DNA of 64,000 nt, from positions 116,921-180,920 of the forward strand of contig JAWLHY010000013.1 in the NCBI GenBank assembly GCA_041690135.1, in the 5' to 3' direction. The notes under the pieces are model-generated. The model was given only the letters and a program-made list of their open reading frames with translations, did no database searches and was not told the DNA's origin. The DNA comes from Armatimonadota bacterium. Its GTDB lineage: Bacteria; Armatimonadota; SYMT01. The position numbers and the translations under genes were made by a program. Position 1 is the stretch's first letter. Each line of letters opens with the position of its first letter. Positions 9,801 to 18,481 of this stretch are shown here, in pieces.

Positions 9801-11581
9801 CGGACCGTCACCAGGTGAGCATCAAGACCCGCGTGCGGGACCTGGCGGAGCTCGGCGTGACCCTCCCGCAGGGGGTGAGTGCCGCGGAGTACGCCGTGCA
9901 GGCCACCCTGGAAGGGACGGCGAAGGAACTGCTCCGGAAGGCCGAGGGAACGGTGGAGCTCACCGGCGTGCGGTTTGCGCCGCAGGGAGCTCCCGCGCAG
10001 GCACTGGACCGCGTGACCGGCGAGCTGAAGTACGCGGACGGCGGCCTCCGGTTCAACAACGTAAAGGGTGAAGGCCCCGCGGGCGTCCTCACGGCGAGCG
10101 GCGAGTGGTCGAAGGCCCGGCGCCAGATCGCGGTGACCCTGGCTGGAGATGACTTCTCCCGCCTGGGTTACGCACTGCCCGAAGGTTTCCGGATTGGGGG
10201 CTACCGGCTCCAGGCGGACGTGACCGGCTCGGAGCAGGCTCCCCTGTCGAAGGCCGTGGGCACGCTGCAGGTGAAGGGTGCCCAATTCCCCTTCGGGCCG
10301 GGCCAGCCGCACCACATCGAGACGGGCTCCACGAAGGTCGCCTTCGACGGAAAGCGCGTGACCCTGACCGACCTGGTGCTGGACGGCGGCGTGGGGCGGT
10401 TCACCGGAACCGGCGAACTGGCCGGCGGGAACTACCGATTAGCCCTGGCCTCCGACGCGGCGAACGGCGACCTGGTGCGGTGGCTGGTCCCCGGCAAGGT
10501 CGCGGGCGGCCATCTCTCCGGCACCGTGGTGCTCGAAGGAAACGGCAAGCAGCCCATGAGCCAGATTTCGGGGCGGTTCGTGGTGAAGAACGCCACCTAC
10601 ACGCTGCCGAAGGAGCTGGGACTGCTGGGCAGCCCGGCTCGGATCGAGCAACTGGCCGGCGACTACCGCTGGAAGGACGGCCGAACCACGCTGAACGGTC
10701 TGCAACTGGCCTCGGACCTGGGCAACGGCACCGGAACGCTTACCGTAGCGGACGCGCGCGGCGAGATGACCGCCGAGCTCAAGACCGCCAATGCCGGCCG
10801 GATCTCCGACTTCTGGCCCGTGCTCCTGGGCCGGCTGAAGGGCGGCGCCGGTGAGGGTTCCCTCCGGGCGACCTTCGACAAGACGGGCATCCGCGGCACG
10901 ATTGCGCTGCGGGCGCAGGGCGGCACCGCAGTGGTCCCGGGCGCGCCGGCCGAGTATGCCGAGCATCCCATTGAGACCGCGAGCATGCTCCTGGGCTTCG
11001 AACCGGGCAAGCTGACATTCACCGACGTGAAGATGCGCGGACCGAAGGCCAACGTGGACGGAAACGGCGCCTGGGCCGACGGCGGAACGGTGTTCGGCAA
11101 AGGCAAGGCGTGGTTCTCCAAGAGCTACACGTCGAAACTGATCAAGCCGAGCGGCTGGGGCTGGCTGGCCAAGCTGGTGGGGATCCGCGAGATCAAGAGC
11201 GACTTCACGGTCAGCGGTACCTCCGACCGGGTGATGCTGAACGCCGGCATCACGAAGGGGCTGATGTGGAAGTTCGCCAAGGGCCGCGTGCCGAAGGAGT
11301 TCCAGCAGATCGCCTCCGGCAAGAGCCCGCTATGGGTGGCCACCGTGGAAGACGGCGCCTCGGTAGCGACGACCCAGAGCACGCCGGCCAAGCCGAAGCA
11401 GGAAGTACCTGCTCCGGTGGCTCCCGCCCCGGCGATGCCTGCTTCCGAAAAGCCGCAGCCACAACTCGCGCCGGCCGCCGCGGCCGCCAAGCCCGCGGAA
11501 CCGACCGTGGCGGGCGCCTCGCCGGCGGAACCGGTCGAAGCGGACCCACAGGGCGAGGCAGGTCCGAGCGCCAGCCTGTAA
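6860..11581 (+). CDS. AsmA/TamB-like large beta-taco protein
   Basis: 1573 aa; N-terminal TM anchor then AsmA-like start (LETALGHKIAFGEL); long run of amphipathic Gly-rich beta repeats; Pro/Ala-rich tail. Confidence 0.7.
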   Translation: MVKNRHIGNKLRWPLITLSCVTGVGVTVGGLRIRALIQDQLPDILRSRLETALGHKIAFGELTVLPTGVWVNDLRVLRNGSESVDPLFARRVGASLDWWQLLTERKVRITGVDVVDGKVRLSPVVDSRKREPWTAQLLSLSRSGVERFRVRNTSVEMLGGNSGAWAARGVTGDLVVRPEEFLYQLRLASLAAAGTEVTGLRLEGTGDAKGVRLRKSLAEYAGGRFEATGTVAAEKNSADLKVRVQRLPLQRLASQLGIPAEWAMKGTITGDVTVGADDNTLRAVRGKLHLNRGSFSHDGSVFPWSAADAKVDWTPERTALQDVRVRGNGLDLTLAGRVDLANGQPFTAGKFQANGQLVASRREAVAQIAELLAFRKALDGRWNADRASIQFRANGTVGELARAAATGKVQVDGLKLRPTPESDQVSVKQLVADLDRNAERLALTNLRLRTDGVSVDGGLTLTNDQPSGTFAAQGRATIHDLKALKKAVPEASLWKWVPSVSSSATAQVDFNVGGPAADLAQWKSRGSFELHNFRLGARSPLPNKAMFFIPVNTAAGEFRHSGAQVDLVGLRLDTPSFQASGEVGLGFHGPDPAFRTALRVVTDDWRALPAMPVGTLPGLEGGRFEAEVQLAGLYSRLSEAPVEGSFRLLNATYAVGSEAPEGVQSAREKQPIPVRELAARFRWARPEGADRSELNIDSLNLDTPVFTAEATGRAVPSPDRYALALDIVGRTENAGILADRLAPELKLSGGSADVRVQLTSPLDGSESPVVAGTLALKDGRLHHAAEILGVTAAEGLEARELNVDFRQEGQAWTVNRAELNAPGLVARLEGSFADGKIDADLDASVASWAASANLPVAGGSVALKGRLAGAAAEPEKLTYNGSLSLTGAQARYAAKNVSVAGGRLNLTAAGEGRIADVMSWLRSGTVELAGVQTTLAGKSPRTLNVSLAPTPFRREGAGFAWKNARLTTGTLAATLAGQWNPDRHQVSIKTRVRDLAELGVTLPQGVSAAEYAVQATLEGTAKELLRKAEGTVELTGVRFAPQGAPAQALDRVTGELKYADGGLRFNNVKGEGPAGVLTASGEWSKARRQIAVTLAGDDFSRLGYALPEGFRIGGYRLQADVTGSEQAPLSKAVGTLQVKGAQFPFGPGQPHHIETGSTKVAFDGKRVTLTDLVLDGGVGRFTGTGELAGGNYRLALASDAANGDLVRWLVPGKVAGGHLSGTVVLEGNGKQPMSQISGRFVVKNATYTLPKELGLLGSPARIEQLAGDYRWKDGRTTLNGLQLASDLGNGTGTLTVADARGEMTAELKTANAGRISDFWPVLLGRLKGGAGEGSLRATFDKTGIRGTIALRAQGGTAVVPGAPAEYAEHPIETASMLLGFEPGKLTFTDVKMRGPKANVDGNGAWADGGTVFGKGKAWFSKSYTSKLIKPSGWGWLAKLVGIREIKSDFTVSGTSDRVMLNAGITKGLMWKFAKGRVPKEFQQIASGKSPLWVATVEDGASVATTQSTPAKPKQEVPAPVAPAPAMPASEKPQPQLAPAAAAAKPAEPTVAGASPAEPVEADPQGEAGPSASL

Positions 11582-11612
11582 GAAGTCCGCTCATCAGGAG
11601 TTAACATTGCTC

Positions 11613-11651
11613 AGAGGGGAGACCGGCAGCCGCCGGACTCCCCTCTTTTTT
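11613..11651 (+). terminator. Intrinsic terminator
   Basis: AGAGGGGAG-ACCGG...CCGGA-CTCCCCTCT stem followed by TTTTT. Confidence 0.75.
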
Positions 11652-11826
11652 GCCTGGAGCGCGCTTTGCCTCCATCCCACCAGGTCGTCGGAGGGTTTAC
11701 GGGCAGGCGCCGTGTGGGAGTAGTCATTCGGGAGTGGAACTACCCGGACTTTTGCACCCGGTGATAAGACAGGTGGGGTGCGCCGGGGGAGACTCCGGCG
11801 ATCGTACGACGAACAGGAGGGATACG

Positions 11827-12744
11827 ATGCAACGCCGCCACCTGCTCTTGCTGCTGCTCTCACTGCCGCTTCTTTGCGTGGCACGCGTGAGCGCCGCGGC
11901 CCCCGCTCTCGACCTCCAGCCCCTGATGGGCCGGGACTTCGAGGGCTTCGAGGCGGTGCTGGGGCCGCCCGTGCGGACGCTCCCGCACGGTTCGCGGGAA
12001 TACCGGGCGCCAGGCCTGGAGAAGGTGTTCCTCGCGCGGACCGGAACCCCCCAGCAGCCCATGATGAACGTGATCCTGGTATTCCCGCGGGATACCGGAA
12101 CCACGTGGCAGAACGCGCTGAGTCGCGTGGGGCTCTCCCCGGAAAGCCTCCGCCCCGTGCGGGCCGCGGGCACCCTGAACCTGACCCGTGGAGAGGAATA
12201 CTACTGCTACCTTCCGCCCGCTAAAGGCCGGAAGGTCACCCAGCGGAACGTCAGCTTTGACGGCGCGATCCATCTCTTCCGGGGCAGCCCCAACCCAACC
12301 CAGTTCGCGCTGCTCCTCGTGGAGACCCCCATCATCGTAGGGCGCCTCACTCCCATGGATCTCCGGACAGCCCTCGGAAAGGGGTTCGAGGCCTACGAAG
12401 CGTTCCTCGGGGAAGCGGCGGAGCGGCTGGAGGAGAACGGGAGCGAGCGACGTCTCTATCGACGCGAAGGCCTGACCCGCCTCCAGTTGCAGCGGTCCAA
12501 TGCTGCTTTCGTAACGGAAGTCCAGGTCGGGTTCTCCAACGAGCAGGTCGGGAGTTGGAAGGAAGCCCTGATGCAGGTTGGCTTACCGACAGAGGGCGTA
12601 TCGGCATCGAAGACCGACTACACCTACACCCTGGAGGGTGCGCTGCCCGCCGGCTGGAGCCTAACGTGGGTGCCGAACAACCCCGAGCATCCGGGGGAGC
12701 ACACGCTCATCCTGGCGATGGAGCCGGGTAGGGAGATGCCGTAG
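11827..12744 (+). CDS. Secreted hypothetical protein with an internal domain duplication
   Basis: AGGAGG RBS at 11815; signal peptide MQRRHLLLLLLSLPLLC; two similar halves (LDLQPLMGRDFEGFEAVLG / MDLRTALGKGFEAYEAFLG; WQNALSRVGL / WKEALMQVGL). Confidence 0.75.
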   Translation: MQRRHLLLLLLSLPLLCVARVSAAAPALDLQPLMGRDFEGFEAVLGPPVRTLPHGSREYRAPGLEKVFLARTGTPQQPMMNVILVFPRDTGTTWQNALSRVGLSPESLRPVRAAGTLNLTRGEEYYCYLPPAKGRKVTQRNVSFDGAIHLFRGSPNPTQFALLLVETPIIVGRLTPMDLRTALGKGFEAYEAFLGEAAERLEENGSERRLYRREGLTRLQLQRSNAAFVTEVQVGFSNEQVGSWKEALMQVGLPTEGVSASKTDYTYTLEGALPAGWSLTWVPNNPEHPGEHTLILAMEPGREMP

Positions 12745-12850
12745 GAAGTGCGAGGTCGCCCTGATGGCGTGCCGGGTGTCGCCGCGAAGGCACGTGCCCC
12801 GAGTGGGACGAAGAAGAGATGCAACGGCGACCGCTCAGGGTGAGGATTGT

Positions 12851-13552
12851 TTATCCCGCAGATGCCACCCGGGTAGCGAATTCCGCATGTTCCGGGGTGC
12901 CGATTCCCTGCTGGAGGACGCGCAGAACTCCAGCGAGATCTCCCTGGATCAGGGCTCGCGGATCGAGCCAGAGACCCGGAAAGACTTCGCTGCGGTAGAT
13001 GCCGTCCGGCGGTGGAGTAACTAGAACGTATTCCCCGCCCTGGAGCACGAACCAGTCGACTTCACGGTCGAGGACCCGCCACACCACGTACTCGCGAACT
13101 CCTTTGCGGCGGTAGGCGACGCGCTTCTTGTGCAGGTCCATACTGACGGTGCTCGCTGCCACCTCTACCACCAACTCCGGAGCCCCGGCCACATAGTCGT
13201 CGGTATCGATGATCGTCTGTCCGCCCAGTGAAGGAGGGAGCATCAGGAGGACGTCCGGCTGTGGCTCGTTATCGAGATCCAGACGTATGGAGCCGTCAGT
13301 ACCGATCCGCACCCCAGGAGTAGCGGCTTTGTAAACACCCAGCCATGTGGTGATGTGGGCGTGCGGCTCCGAGTGTGCGTTGAAATGGACAGGGGAGGGC
13401 ATGTAAACGACCCCTTCGATCAGTTCCGCTTTCTTGATGCCCGGCATGGCCGCATAGCGGCGCTCGAACTCATCGCGAGAGAGGTGGTCGCCGTTCTGGA
13501 GAGGCGGAACCTGGGGTCCCGGCGGTTGGATCGGAGAAGGCGCAAGTGCCAT
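12851..13552 (-). CDS. Uma2 family (DUF820) PD-(D/E)xK endonuclease
   Basis: AELIEGVVYMPSP, EPQPDV, APELVVEVA, DLHKK..Y...GVREYVVW; AAGGA RBS before ATG 13552. Confidence 0.9.
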   Translation of the reverse strand: MALAPSPIQPPGPQVPPLQNGDHLSRDEFERRYAAMPGIKKAELIEGVVYMPSPVHFNAHSEPHAHITTWLGVYKAATPGVRIGTDGSIRLDLDNEPQPDVLLMLPPSLGGQTIIDTDDYVAGAPELVVEVAASTVSMDLHKKRVAYRRKGVREYVVWRVLDREVDWFVLQGGEYVLVTPPPDGIYRSEVFPGLWLDPRALIQGDLAGVLRVLQQGIGTPEHAEFATRVASAG

Positions 13553-13778
13553 TTCACTTCCTTTCGGCGGTCGGATGCCTGGAGTATTGTACTCGAGCGA
13601 GCGGTACTTGCACAAACCCGGGACGGACCGCCGTAGGCGCGGAAAAGGGGGATCCGGAGAAGAAGGAGCCTGGTAGGTCGAAGGCTTATGTATGGAAGGA
13701 TTGGGTCGTGTGTGGGCGAGTCCCTTCTCGCACATCCTCCAACCGGACCTCCTTATCTGACCCGAGATACGACTCCCG

Positions 13779-15200
13779 ATGGCCTCCACTCCAGATTCTG
13801 CCTGTCCACCCTCCGTTTCCGGGTGCAACCGACCGTCTCCCACCCTGCCGCGCGTTGGAAAGTGTCGTCGCCGTGCGTGGGGTGCCTGGCTTGTACTGGC
13901 CTCCATGGCCCTCTCCCCCACCCCGATGTGGGCGGAAGGTGCGGAGGGTACTCCCGAGCCGACCGTGGCTTACATCGCCGGGAATGTCTCGTTGGAGAGG
14001 GTGATTGTCACTCTCTTCAAGCAGGCAGATCGGGCCTACCGGGTGGAAGGCCGGGTCCCCTCGGCAAGCGTTACGGTGGCTTTGAACGGGGTTCCGCTCA
14101 CCACCGCACTGAAGCGGCTCGCCGCGGAAGCCGGTTCGACTCTGGAGATCAAGATGATGGGTGACACCTACATCTTGACCTGGAAAGGGCCGGAGGCTGC
14201 TACGCCGGCTCCGGTGACCGGATCTCCTGTTCCGGAAGCACCGGCCGATCCGCCCGTACTTCCGCCGCTGCCGCCCCAGTTTCCCGAGATCCGGTACGAC
14301 GTGAAGGGGATCCCGATCGTGCCGATGGTCTTCCCGGTCCTGGGGAACGTCTCCTGGAGCGACACCTGGGGAGCACCGCGGGGCGGTGGGACGCGCAAGC
14401 ACCAGGGCCAGGATCTGATGGCGCCCAAGATGCGCCCGCTGGTGGCGGCGTTCGACGGGGTCGTGTACCTGAGCCCCCGTCCGAGCCACTATACGATCTC
14501 GCTGCGGAGCGACTTCGGTTACAGTGCCGCCTACATGCACGTGAACAACGACACCCCCGGCACGGACGACGGTCAGGGCGGACTGGAGTACGCGTTCGCC
14601 CCTGGGCTGAAGTCAGGTGACCGGGTGGTCGCGGGACAGCTTCTCGGCTGGGTGGGCGACAGCGGCAATGCGGAGAGTACTGCTCCCCACTGCCACTTCG
14701 AGTTGAGCGGTCCCGAAGGCGTGTTCAATGCTGCGGCGTCCCTGCGTTCCGCGGTGAAGATCGAGGCTCCATTGGTGAACGTCCCCGACCTCGCGGAAGA
14801 ACCCGCGCCAGGGGAGACCCGCTGGGACGGCATCGTCCGGGAGTTTCAGCCGGAGTGGAACCTGGCTGTGATTGACCTCATCGCGCACGGGTCGTCGCGG
14901 AACAAGATGACGGCGGTGACCACCCCCCACCGGCAATGGGTCCGCCTGGGGAAGGCGCGCATTATCCTGCCGGGCGAACCGGTTGCCGGCTGCGAGCCCA
15001 CCGCAATCCTGCCCAACACATTGACGCCGGGGATGCGGGTCACCATTTTCGGCGAGGCGGGACCGAAAGGCAAGGCGGGGACCGCTAGGGTGGCGGTGCT
15101 CCATTCCGCGCCCCCGATGGTGGCCAGCCGGAGGATGGATACTCCGATGGTCGCCATGCCGGCGGTGTCGGATGGGGCCGCAATGGTAAACGGCCGGTGA
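13779..15200 (+). CDS. M23 metallopeptidase with an N-terminal secretin/TonB short-N-terminal (STN)-like domain
   Basis: HQGQD (HxxxD), YMH, GDSGNA, PHCHFE (HxH); hydrophobic signal segment; start codon uncertain. Confidence 0.8.
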   Translation: MASTPDSACPPSVSGCNRPSPTLPRVGKCRRRAWGAWLVLASMALSPTPMWAEGAEGTPEPTVAYIAGNVSLERVIVTLFKQADRAYRVEGRVPSASVTVALNGVPLTTALKRLAAEAGSTLEIKMMGDTYILTWKGPEAATPAPVTGSPVPEAPADPPVLPPLPPQFPEIRYDVKGIPIVPMVFPVLGNVSWSDTWGAPRGGGTRKHQGQDLMAPKMRPLVAAFDGVVYLSPRPSHYTISLRSDFGYSAAYMHVNNDTPGTDDGQGGLEYAFAPGLKSGDRVVAGQLLGWVGDSGNAESTAPHCHFELSGPEGVFNAAASLRSAVKIEAPLVNVPDLAEEPAPGETRWDGIVREFQPEWNLAVIDLIAHGSSRNKMTAVTTPHRQWVRLGKARIILPGEPVAGCEPTAILPNTLTPGMRVTIFGEAGPKGKAGTARVAVLHSAPPMVASRRMDTPMVAMPAVSDGAAMVNGR

Positions 15201-15267
15201 GCCTGGATCGCACGGGTCCGCCTCTCCCGGCACCACCGAATTCCGCCGAGCCAGTTGTCTTAGTCGC

Positions 15268-15299
15268 GTAACGTTCGGGTAACGCCCGCAATATAACGT
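15268..15299 (+). promoter_or_regulatory. Putative SARP binding site and -10 element
   Basis: GTAACG at 15268 and 15279 (11-bp period), then TAACGT 9 nt downstream. Confidence 0.55.
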
Positions 15300-15371
15300 T
15301 AAGGAGAGTTCAAGCCCCCGTAGTACATATTCTCCTTCGCCGTCACGCCCGCCAGACCCGTACATTCCTCA

Positions 15372-16319
15372 ATGCAGCACCGGTTGTGTCGAGTAGAAAT
15401 GCTTGGTGGGCTGACACTTTACCGCGACCGCGACCGCATTCCCCTGGGTCGAGTGGTCAATGCCGCTCGCTTACTGGCGTATCTGGCGTATCATCTCGGT
15501 CGCGAACTGCCGCGAGAGCACCTCCGGGAGATTCTGTGGCCTGACGACGAGTTTGACGACAAGCATGACGACGGCCCACCGGACCGCCGCGGAAACCTCC
15601 GGCGGGCTTTACACGACTTGCGACGTCTCCTTACTCCGGCCGGACAAGAGTGCACGACCGTTTTGCGCACGGACGGGGACCGCGTCTACCTGGACCCGGA
15701 GGCGGTCAGCACCGACGTAGCGGAGTTCCGTAACGCTTGGCGATTGGCGACACGCCATCCCAGTATTCTCCGTGGGGGGGCGCCACAAGGTGAGGAACCG
15801 AAGGAGTTACCCTCATTCGCCGATGGCCCGGGGTGCGGAGCCGTGGCACCGCAGAGCGAACCTTCGGACACATCCCAGGTGCGCGTCCTGACCGAAGCCA
15901 TAGAACTGTATCAGGGCCGGTTTCTGCTTGGTTACTCAGATAGATGGATCGAGGCTGCGGCGGAAGAGCTAGAGGTTATCTATCGCAAGGCGCTTCGCCA
16001 ACTCCTGACTTCCCTGCGGGAATCGAACCCCCAACAAGCCTTCGTCTATGCGCAGAAGGCCCTGGAAACGAGTTACCGGGATGAAGAAGACTACCTGGCA
16101 GCCATGCGCCTGGCTCTCGATCTGGGCCGCGCCGATCGTACGCTGTCCCTCCACCGCGAATTAGCGCGTTGGCTCGCCCGGATTCCCGGCCGAAATCCCG
16201 GCGATGAGGCCCAGCAACTGCTGGCGGAGGCACGGCGGCGAGAAGACGTCCGGGTATCGGAAGACGGATACCGTCCGCACCCGGTCACTGGAATAAAAGG
16301 TTACTCGGCCCCCAAGTAA
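15372..16319 (+). CDS. SARP-family transcriptional activator (winged HTH + BTAD)
   Basis: VEMLGGLTL, LLAYLA, REHLREILWPD, NLRRALHDLRRLL, TDVAEF, AIELYQGRFLLG. Confidence 0.85.
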   Translation: MQHRLCRVEMLGGLTLYRDRDRIPLGRVVNAARLLAYLAYHLGRELPREHLREILWPDDEFDDKHDDGPPDRRGNLRRALHDLRRLLTPAGQECTTVLRTDGDRVYLDPEAVSTDVAEFRNAWRLATRHPSILRGGAPQGEEPKELPSFADGPGCGAVAPQSEPSDTSQVRVLTEAIELYQGRFLLGYSDRWIEAAAEELEVIYRKALRQLLTSLRESNPQQAFVYAQKALETSYRDEEDYLAAMRLALDLGRADRTLSLHRELARWLARIPGRNPGDEAQQLLAEARRREDVRVSEDGYRPHPVTGIKGYSAPK

Positions 16320-16347
16320 CGGACAGGTAACGCTCTCCTGTTAAAGT
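16316..16347 (+). promoter_or_regulatory. Second putative SARP binding site and -10 element, upstream of the PEP-CTERM-like gene
   Basis: GTAACG at 16316 and 16327 (11-bp period), then TAAAGT 9 nt downstream. Confidence 0.55.
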
Positions 16348-16457
16348 GTTCCCATCGAGGTGGATGTACCCTCACCGCTATGCCGTTCCAGAGGAGAGTG
16401 CGGTAGCGCGATTCGCCTCGTTCTACTTTGAAATCCCTTGAAGCGAAGGCAAGACAA

Positions 16458-17351
16458 ATGAAACACCTTAACGAGCACTTGTCGTTGGCAAACCGTCCAG
16501 GCATTCATTCGATTTCCAGGTGTGCGTACGCCTGGATCCTCGCCGTGCCTGTCTTGGGGAGTGCGGCGCCTGCGGCCGCCCAGTGCGCCAATTTCGCGCG
16601 AACCACGGACACTATCCGCGTAGCGGGGGATATCGCCCTGGGAAACCAGGCCACCTATGAGGCCCGGGTGCTGTTCACTGCTCCTGGTGCCGAGGGCAAC
16701 ATCTTCAACGAATGGATCCAATCCGAGAAGGACCGGATTCTACAGGGCAGTCAATCCACGGTGTGGGCTTACACACACAACACGGCAGGCCCCTCACACC
16801 TGGAAGCGGCCGTCTCGCTGAACGACAACGCCTTCCACCATCTTGCCTATGTCCTGAGTGCAGGGACGGAGACCCTGTTCCTTGACGGCGCCGTGGTTGC
16901 GCAGCGGGCCGCTGGTGGCGGCGTAGGAAACGGGACCGGAAGCATTGCCACCGTTGGGGCGATTTCTCGCGACGTTTTCTTCCCCTCGTTTCTCGGCAAA
17001 ATCGATACGCTGCGGATCTCCTCCACGGCGCGCTACACCTCCAGCTTTGCACCACCGGGAGGTGATCTTGGCAGCGATGCCTTCACGGAGTTGCTCTACA
17101 ACTTCAATGAGGCCGAAGGGAGCACTACAATCTCCGACCTGAGCGGCAAAGGTCACACCGGCACCCTAGGCGTTGGGTTCACGGGCGCCACGGCCCCTAC
17201 CCTTGGGGGTTCCGACACCATCGTCGTACCGGAGGGAGGCTCATTCCCGCTGTTCGGTGCAGGCATCGCAGCCCTGGCACTGCTCCGCCTGCGTCGCGGG
17301 CGGACAACGCACGACTCGAGTGAATGCCGCGAGCCAGATGATCTTGCGTAA
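16458..17351 (+). CDS. LamG/concanavalin-like domain protein with a PEP-CTERM-like sorting tail
   Basis: Signal peptide; FHHLAYV..LFLDG, FLGKIDTLRISSTARY, LYNFNEAEG; C-terminal VPEGGS-hydrophobic-RLRRGR. Confidence 0.8.
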   Translation: MKHLNEHLSLANRPGIHSISRCAYAWILAVPVLGSAAPAAAQCANFARTTDTIRVAGDIALGNQATYEARVLFTAPGAEGNIFNEWIQSEKDRILQGSQSTVWAYTHNTAGPSHLEAAVSLNDNAFHHLAYVLSAGTETLFLDGAVVAQRAAGGGVGNGTGSIATVGAISRDVFFPSFLGKIDTLRISSTARYTSSFAPPGGDLGSDAFTELLYNFNEAEGSTTISDLSGKGHTGTLGVGFTGATAPTLGGSDTIVVPEGGSFPLFGAGIAALALLRLRRGRTTHDSSECREPDDLA

Positions 17352-17525
17352 ACAATGCCCTGGGGGTTAAATGACCACCAGATCTAGCATGGCAATCAGT
17401 ACACCGTCGTGGAGAGGTGCTCGCATCAATAGCTGTCCTCGTCACGCAGGCGATCGATCAGATCGTTGGTGACAGGTCCATCCCGGCTGGCGAACGGTCG
17501 GAACCCGCAGACCTCCTCCACGTGT

Positions 17526-18275
17526 TCATAACGCGCGGAGAATGGCGTCGTCCGGGCTCACGGGACAGGGCCGGTCCTCGGTCATTTTGCGGGGGCCGAC
17601 CTGGGGGTTGGCTAGGGCGTTGTAACAGATGATGAACGAGCGGCGGTGGCGATCCGACTCGTTCGCCGCGGACGTGTGCAGCAGGTTGCAGTGGAAGAAG
17701 AGGACGGAGCCGGGGCTCATCTCGCACCACACCCGCTCGAACATTCCCTCGACCTGGTGGATGCGCTCCGGGTCGGCGCCGGTTTGCGTGCCGACCTGCC
17801 CGTGGTTCAGGCGTTCCAGCCGGTGGGAGCCGCGCAGCACCTGCAGGCAGCCGTTCTCGCGGGTGGCCGGGTCCAGGGCCACGAAGGCGCTCATCATCCG
17901 GGGGAAAACGAACCCCTGGTTGTACCAGTAGCCGTAGTCCTGGTGCCATTCCCAGGCGCCCCCTGCACCCGCTTCTTTGAGCATCACCTTGCCGTGGAAG
18001 AAAGCGATCTCCTCCCCCATCAGGATCCGCACGTTATTGACGATGCGCGGGCAAGTGGAGGCCGCCGCCCAGATATCGTCGCCTAGCTCATGCCAGATGG
18101 CGAGCTTGGTGGTTCGCCCGCCGGCATCTGCCTTCCCGCGCGTGGCTTCGGCTACCCGGCCGCCCCCCTCGATTTTGGCGAGCAGTGCCTGCACCTCCGC
18201 CGGTGTGAACAACTCGGGCACCAGGACATAGCCGTCCCGGTGGTAACGCTCGACATCATGCTGCGCAAGGTACAT
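17526..18275 (-). CDS. Phytanoyl-CoA dioxygenase (PhyH) family Fe(II)/2OG dioxygenase
   Basis: WHQDYGYW (HxD), ENGCLQVLRGSH, FFHCNLLHTSAAN...RR. Confidence 0.9.
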   Translation of the reverse strand: MYLAQHDVERYHRDGYVLVPELFTPAEVQALLAKIEGGGRVAEATRGKADAGGRTTKLAIWHELGDDIWAAASTCPRIVNNVRILMGEEIAFFHGKVMLKEAGAGGAWEWHQDYGYWYNQGFVFPRMMSAFVALDPATRENGCLQVLRGSHRLERLNHGQVGTQTGADPERIHQVEGMFERVWCEMSPGSVLFFHCNLLHTSAANESDRHRRSFIICYNALANPQVGPRKMTEDRPCPVSPDDAILRAL

Positions 18276-18427
18276 CTACTCCCGTTCCTCCCAAACAATG
18301 GTATCCGAACGGCGTATGCCGCATGCATTCCCGCTCTCCACAAACTGCACCGTCACCACCCGTCCCGCAAGGGTGGGCTTCCAGAGTCTTAAAAACCGAA
18401 ACGAGAATACTTGCACGGTTACCAGTC

Positions 18428-18456
18428 TTGACCCACGTTGCAAATACTGATACAGT
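18428..18456 (+). promoter_or_regulatory. Sigma70-type promoter of the T-box/ilv transcript
   Basis: TTGACC-N17-TACAGT with extended -10 TG. Confidence 0.65.
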
Positions 18457-18481
18457 GGACCGAGATTTGAATACTGGAACA

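Noticed and set aside
7970-10315. Long antisense ORFs (also 18632..20671, 23635..25356, 27536..29317, 38472..40973 and others)
   Set aside because: Shadows of real high-GC genes on the opposite strand; no independent motifs.
17526-18275. Assignment as ectoine hydroxylase ectD
   Set aside because: WEWHQDYGYW differs from the EctD signature FxWHSDFETWH and there are no ectABC genes nearby.
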